Assembly: GCF_001194135.2 (NCBI RefSeq)
Contig: NC_069007.1
Span: 3,812,398 to 3,863,157 of the forward strand
DNA: 50,760 bases
Direction of reading: 5' to 3'
Source: Octopus bimaculoides
Lineage: Eukaryota
Positions within the stretch are counted from its first letter, which is position 1; each line of letters begins with the position of its first letter. This document shows, one piece after another, positions 45,966 to 50,760 of this stretch. A program made the translations under genes and the position numbers. The notes under the pieces are model-generated. The model ran no database searches. It saw only the letters and a program-made list of their open reading frames with translations, and was not told where the DNA came from.

Positions 45966-46829
45966 CGGTGATCTTCCTCGCAGTTTCCATTTAATAAGTC
46001 GGCTAAGGGCTATAGTAATAAAAAAAACAAAAAACAATGTGATCAAGATACCACGTAGTGAGATTGAACACAAAAGCACATCGTTTAAAAAAGCCAACTG
46101 CTTGACCACACAACCATACTTAAACATAGTATTATTGCGTGAAAAAACACCCCCAAAACAAAACAAAAAGTTATACACACGTTGTACAGGTTCTGTTTAA
46201 AGAAAAAAAAGGTTTCTTCGTCGAAATCTTTTCTTCTTTGTTCTTCCAGTCGATAAAATGATGCATTTACCAAAATTCCTCAGCCTTTTTCAGAACGGCA
46301 GAAGGAGGATGAGAGAGAAACGTAATCAATTAAATAAATTCCTACACGCGTGAAAGACGCTTCGCCAACGTTCTTCCATTCTAAATCTATATTTAATTTA
46401 CCAAACTTTATTACTTTTACAACAGGAAATGCTTATAAATGAATATAAATCCTGTTGGCGTTCGTCTGCCTTCTTCTTCTTCAACTCCTCGTCTCCTTCT
46501 TCCCCACTCTCTCGCTCTCTTTTTCTTTCCTTTTCTTTATAGGAGCTGATATGGCAGTTTGCTTAAAAGAAGCCCGCTTCGTAACTACGTTGTTCCGGTT
46601 TCGACGGCTCCCTCCGAACTCTTATCACTGCTCGGCACTTTAACCAGAATGTGTTTAACTTTTATCACGGATCCGGTTTCTACAAAATTTCGTGAATGAA
46701 ATTTGGTGTGAGGAAGCTCTTTGTTTGTTTGTGTGTGTGATGATCATTTAACGTCCTTTTTCCATACTTGGTTTAATTCTTTTAATATATAATATATATA
46801 TACAGTTTTAAGACCCAGCAAATGAAGTG

Positions 46830-47305
46830 AGTTCACAGCTGTAACCTACACCAGTGTCGCATAACCAGCCCACTCAAAAGTACCTTGGATCGTAGGGCAA
46901 CATGCTGTGCTTGAGGAAACCTATTGAGTCAAGTACATCAACATCAAAATCAAAAGGAAATTGTAGTTGTGATCCCCGTGCCAGTGGCATGTAAAAGGCA
47001 CCATCCAAACGTGGCTGATGCCAGCACCGCCTTGACTGGCTTCCGTACTGGTGGCACGTAAAAAGCACCAGCCGATTGTGGTCGTTGCCAGCCAGCCTCC
47101 TCTGGCCCCTGTGCCGGTGGCACATAAAAAGCACCCACTACACTCTCGGAATTAGGAAGGGCATCCAGCAGTAGAAACACTGCCAGATCAGACCGGAGCC
47201 TGGGGCAGCCTCCTGGCTTCCCAGACCCCAGCCGAACCGTCCAACCCATGCCAGCATGGAAAATGGACGTTAAACGATGATTATGATGATGATGATGATG
47301 ATGAT
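46830..47305 (+). mobile_element. SINE-like family E, long copy with three internal gtgccggtggcacgtaaaaagcacc sub-repeats and a (GAT)n tail
   Basis: Sub-repeats at about 46978, 47043 and 47110; tail ccatgccagcatggaaaatggacgttaaacgatgattatgatg. Confidence 0.85.
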
Positions 47306-47889
47306 ACACATGCTCCCCACCCCTCCATTTTTATATTATAGTGTACTTTTAAAACATTCATTATAAATATAAACAATGATATACAAACACACACACACAC
47401 ACAAAGCAGTCTTGCATTACGTAAATAACATTATATTAATAATATCAACAATATGACTGAAGGAATATATCTCAGGGGAGCCTTCTGCATACAGTAAAGT
47501 CTCATATATGCAATATAGTGAGTCAAAAAAAAAAAATCTTTAACTAGCTAATATTATCCATGCAATTAGTAGACAAAAACTTCCTATAGAGGTGATCAAA
47601 ATCTACAAAAAAAAAAAAAAAGACGTGCAAGGGAGATAAATCCAGTGAGACCAATTAATTGAAATTTTTGGAAAATATAAAAAATGCAGTAAGGGAGTTT
47701 TTTTTTTTTTTACATGAAATTTTTCTCCCTCATAACTTTGGCTGGTAAGAATCGAAGTAGGGGTCCCAGATGGAACTCTCATTGGCTGATCCCTTATTTT
47801 TAGTTACTGAAGAGCAGATTCTGTAATCTACTCACAGTATGTTTTCAAAGTGTAAATAAATACATACTTATTAAATGTATTATATATCA

Positions 47890-48260
<371 letters not shown>

Positions 48261-48710
48261 TGTATATATAATCTATATTTTAAGGCAAACATGCCACAGA
48301 TCATCCCACGTGAAAATTATCACACACAGGTGAAGAGAAACTGATATTCATTTCCCAAGGTTTGTGTGTGTAGGGAGTGGGGGAGTCATAATAAATACAT
48401 ATATACTTAATTTCTGTGTGTGTGTGTGTATATAGTAATTTAATTATTATACATCTCGCTCATCATTTCCTGCCATCACAGATGCTGGCATTGAGGGAAG
48501 CTTTAATTGTATGAATTTCATTAATCTCCTTCTCTTCCCCCCCACCTCCCTCTTTCTCACATGTGTGTGCAAGTGTGTGTGTGTGTATATACACACATAT
48601 AGATACCCTTTTAAGTAAATAAATGTAGGTATACTTGCACTATACTGTAAATGTATACATACAATTACACATATCTATATATATACATATATACATACAT
48701 ATATATATAT

Positions 48711-48933
48711 ATGTTAATTCTCTAAATGAAGTATTAACAGTAACTGCACGATAAAGTGTAGTATATTGCCACTTAAGTGTGGCTGACCCCTAGGGGTGGA
48801 TGTTACTGTTGCTTTTAGCCCCAGGAGGACATCTCCTCCAGCTGGCTTATCGACACACGACTGTGTCCTGTTTGCCTGTGTCCCTTGGCAAACAGGACAC
48901 AGTCGTGTGTCGATAAGCCAGCTGGAGGAGATG
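48711..48933 (+). repeat. Dispersed repeat (first 83 bp shared with 28232) ending in a perfect 47-bp inverted repeat at the gap edge
   Basis: Arms 48830-48876 and 48887-48933 are exact reverse complements with a 10-nt loop. Confidence 0.85.
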
Positions 48934-50013
48934 NNNNNNNNNNNNNNNNNNNNNNNNNNNNNNNNNNNNNNNNNNNNNNNNNNNNNNNNNNNNNNNNNNN
49001 NNNNNNNNNNNNNNNNNNNNNNNNNNNNNNNNNNNNNNNNNNNNNNNNNNNNNNNNNNNNNNNNNNNNNNNNNNNNNNNNNNNNNNNNNNNNNNNNNNNN
49101 NNNNNNNNNNNNNNNNNNNNNNNNNNNNNNNNNNNNNNNNNNNNNNNNNNNNNNNNNNNNNNNNNNNNNNNNNNNNNNNNNNNNNNNNNNNNNNNNNNNN
49201 NNNNNNNNNNNNNNNNNNNNNNNNNNNNNNNNNNNNNNNNNNNNNNNNNNNNNNNNNNNNNNNNNNNNNNNNNNNNNNNNNNNNNNNNNNNNNNNNNNNN
49301 NNNNNNNNNNNNNNNNNNNNNNNNNNNNNNNNNNNNNNNNNNNNNNNNNNNNNNNNNNNNNNNNNNNNNNNNNNNNNNNNNNNNNNNNNNNNNNNNNNNN
49401 NNNNNNNNNNNNNNNNNNNNNNNNNNNNNNNNNNNNNNNNNNNNNNNNNNNNNNNNNNNNNNNNNNNNNNNNNNNNNNNNNNNNNNNNNNNNNNNNNNNN
49501 NNNNNNNNNNNNNNNNNNNNNNNNNNNNNNNNNNNNNNNNNNNNNNNNNNNNNNNNNNNNNNNNNNNNNNNNNNNNNNNNNNNNNNNNNNNNNNNNNNNN
49601 NNNNNNNNNNNNNNNNNNNNNNNNNNNNNNNNNNNNNNNNNNNNNNNNNNNNNNNNNNNNNNNNNNNNNNNNNNNNNNNNNNNNNNNNNNNNNNNNNNNN
49701 NNNNNNNNNNNNNNNNNNNNNNNNNNNNNNNNNNNNNNNNNNNNNNNNNNNNNNNNNNNNNNNNNNNNNNNNNNNNNNNNNNNNNNNNNNNNNNNNNNNN
49801 NNNNNNNNNNNNNNNNNNNNNNNNNNNNNNNNNNNNNNNNNNNNNNNNNNNNNNNNNNNNNNNNNNNNNNNNNNNNNNNNNNNNNNNNNNNNNNNNNNNN
49901 NNNNNNNNNNNNNNNTTAATGGTTTCATTTCCATACTGAAACTACTACAGTGAAGCTATAATCTCACATATATACATACATATATGCATATATATCTGCA
50001 CAAATGTATCTAT

Positions 50014-50109
<96 letters not shown>

Positions 50110-50144
50110 TGATGTATATGTATACATATAGATGTATATGTACA

Positions 50145-50265
50145 TGAGTGGTCTTGGCCTGAGGCTATAGCAGAAGACACTTGCCCAAGGTGCCATGCAA
50201 TGGGACTGAACCTGGAACCATGTAGTTGGGAAGCAAGCTTCTTATCACACAGCCATGCCCGTGTC
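50145..50265 (-). mobile_element. SINE family A, 5' half
   Basis: ggctatagcagaagacacttgcccaaggtgcc...gggactgaacctggaaccatgtagttgggaagcaagcttctt. Confidence 0.88.
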
Positions 50266-50299
<34 letters not shown>

Positions 50300-50643
50300 A
50301 GTGTAATAGATACACATACACACATCTATGTATATCATCATCCTGGTGCCTCCTTGTGTCCAAGGGTTTACCAAGTCCCACTGACATGCAGTATGTCCAT
50401 AATTAGACACCTATACTGGATCCACAGATAACCAATTCTAAGTAAAATCTTCACTTGTTAGGCACTTGCGTTCCAGTACTTCTCAAGCAAAGCCTGTTTT
50501 GATTTGAGGCGTGTGTTTTGATGTGGCATAGGTGTGGCACTCAGGTGCAGACATTAATTACCTTCCACGTTCAAAGTTTCTCGCTTTCGTAAGCTGTGTT
50601 TTAAAAATTGGGATAACTGATGCATATTTTCCACAACCATTAC

Positions 50644-50692
<49 letters not shown>

Positions 50693-50760
50693 TGTCTGTG
50701 TGCATGGCATGTGAATATCTGTGTTTGTGTATATGTATGGTGTGCTTGTGTGTGTGTATA

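Overview
Eukaryotic, AT-rich, repeat-saturated draft-assembly DNA with large N gaps (816-1190, 6988-7928, 8946-9479, 27403-28190, 31041-31219, 36709-36964, 41345-42343, 48934-49916) and many small ones. The SINE families and microsatellite load resemble coleoid cephalopod (Octopus) DNA; this is an inference from recalled repeat sequences, not a database result. I find no intact host protein-coding exon, and nearly every ORF in the supplied track is a microsatellite or N-gap artefact. The window is intergenic or deep-intronic. It holds (i) about 25 copies of five SINE or SINE-like families, four with tRNA-like heads, (ii) decayed coding remnants of RTE, R4/Dong, HERO-like and CRE-like non-LTR retrotransposons and of mariner, maT/Tc1-type and hAT transposases, and (iii) several MITEs and foldbacks. 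The most interesting signals are: four dispersed type I hammerhead ribozyme motifs of three architectures, all with palindromic stem III (one full core at 35337-35425, one minimal at 11679-11714, one cut by a gap at 8908-8945, one core-mutated at 21347-21384); a 28-bp minisatellite made from a SINE Pol III A-box; serial SINE insertion into one AATATT-containing target site; and a MITE carrying an E-box, an RFX X-box and a CCAAT box.
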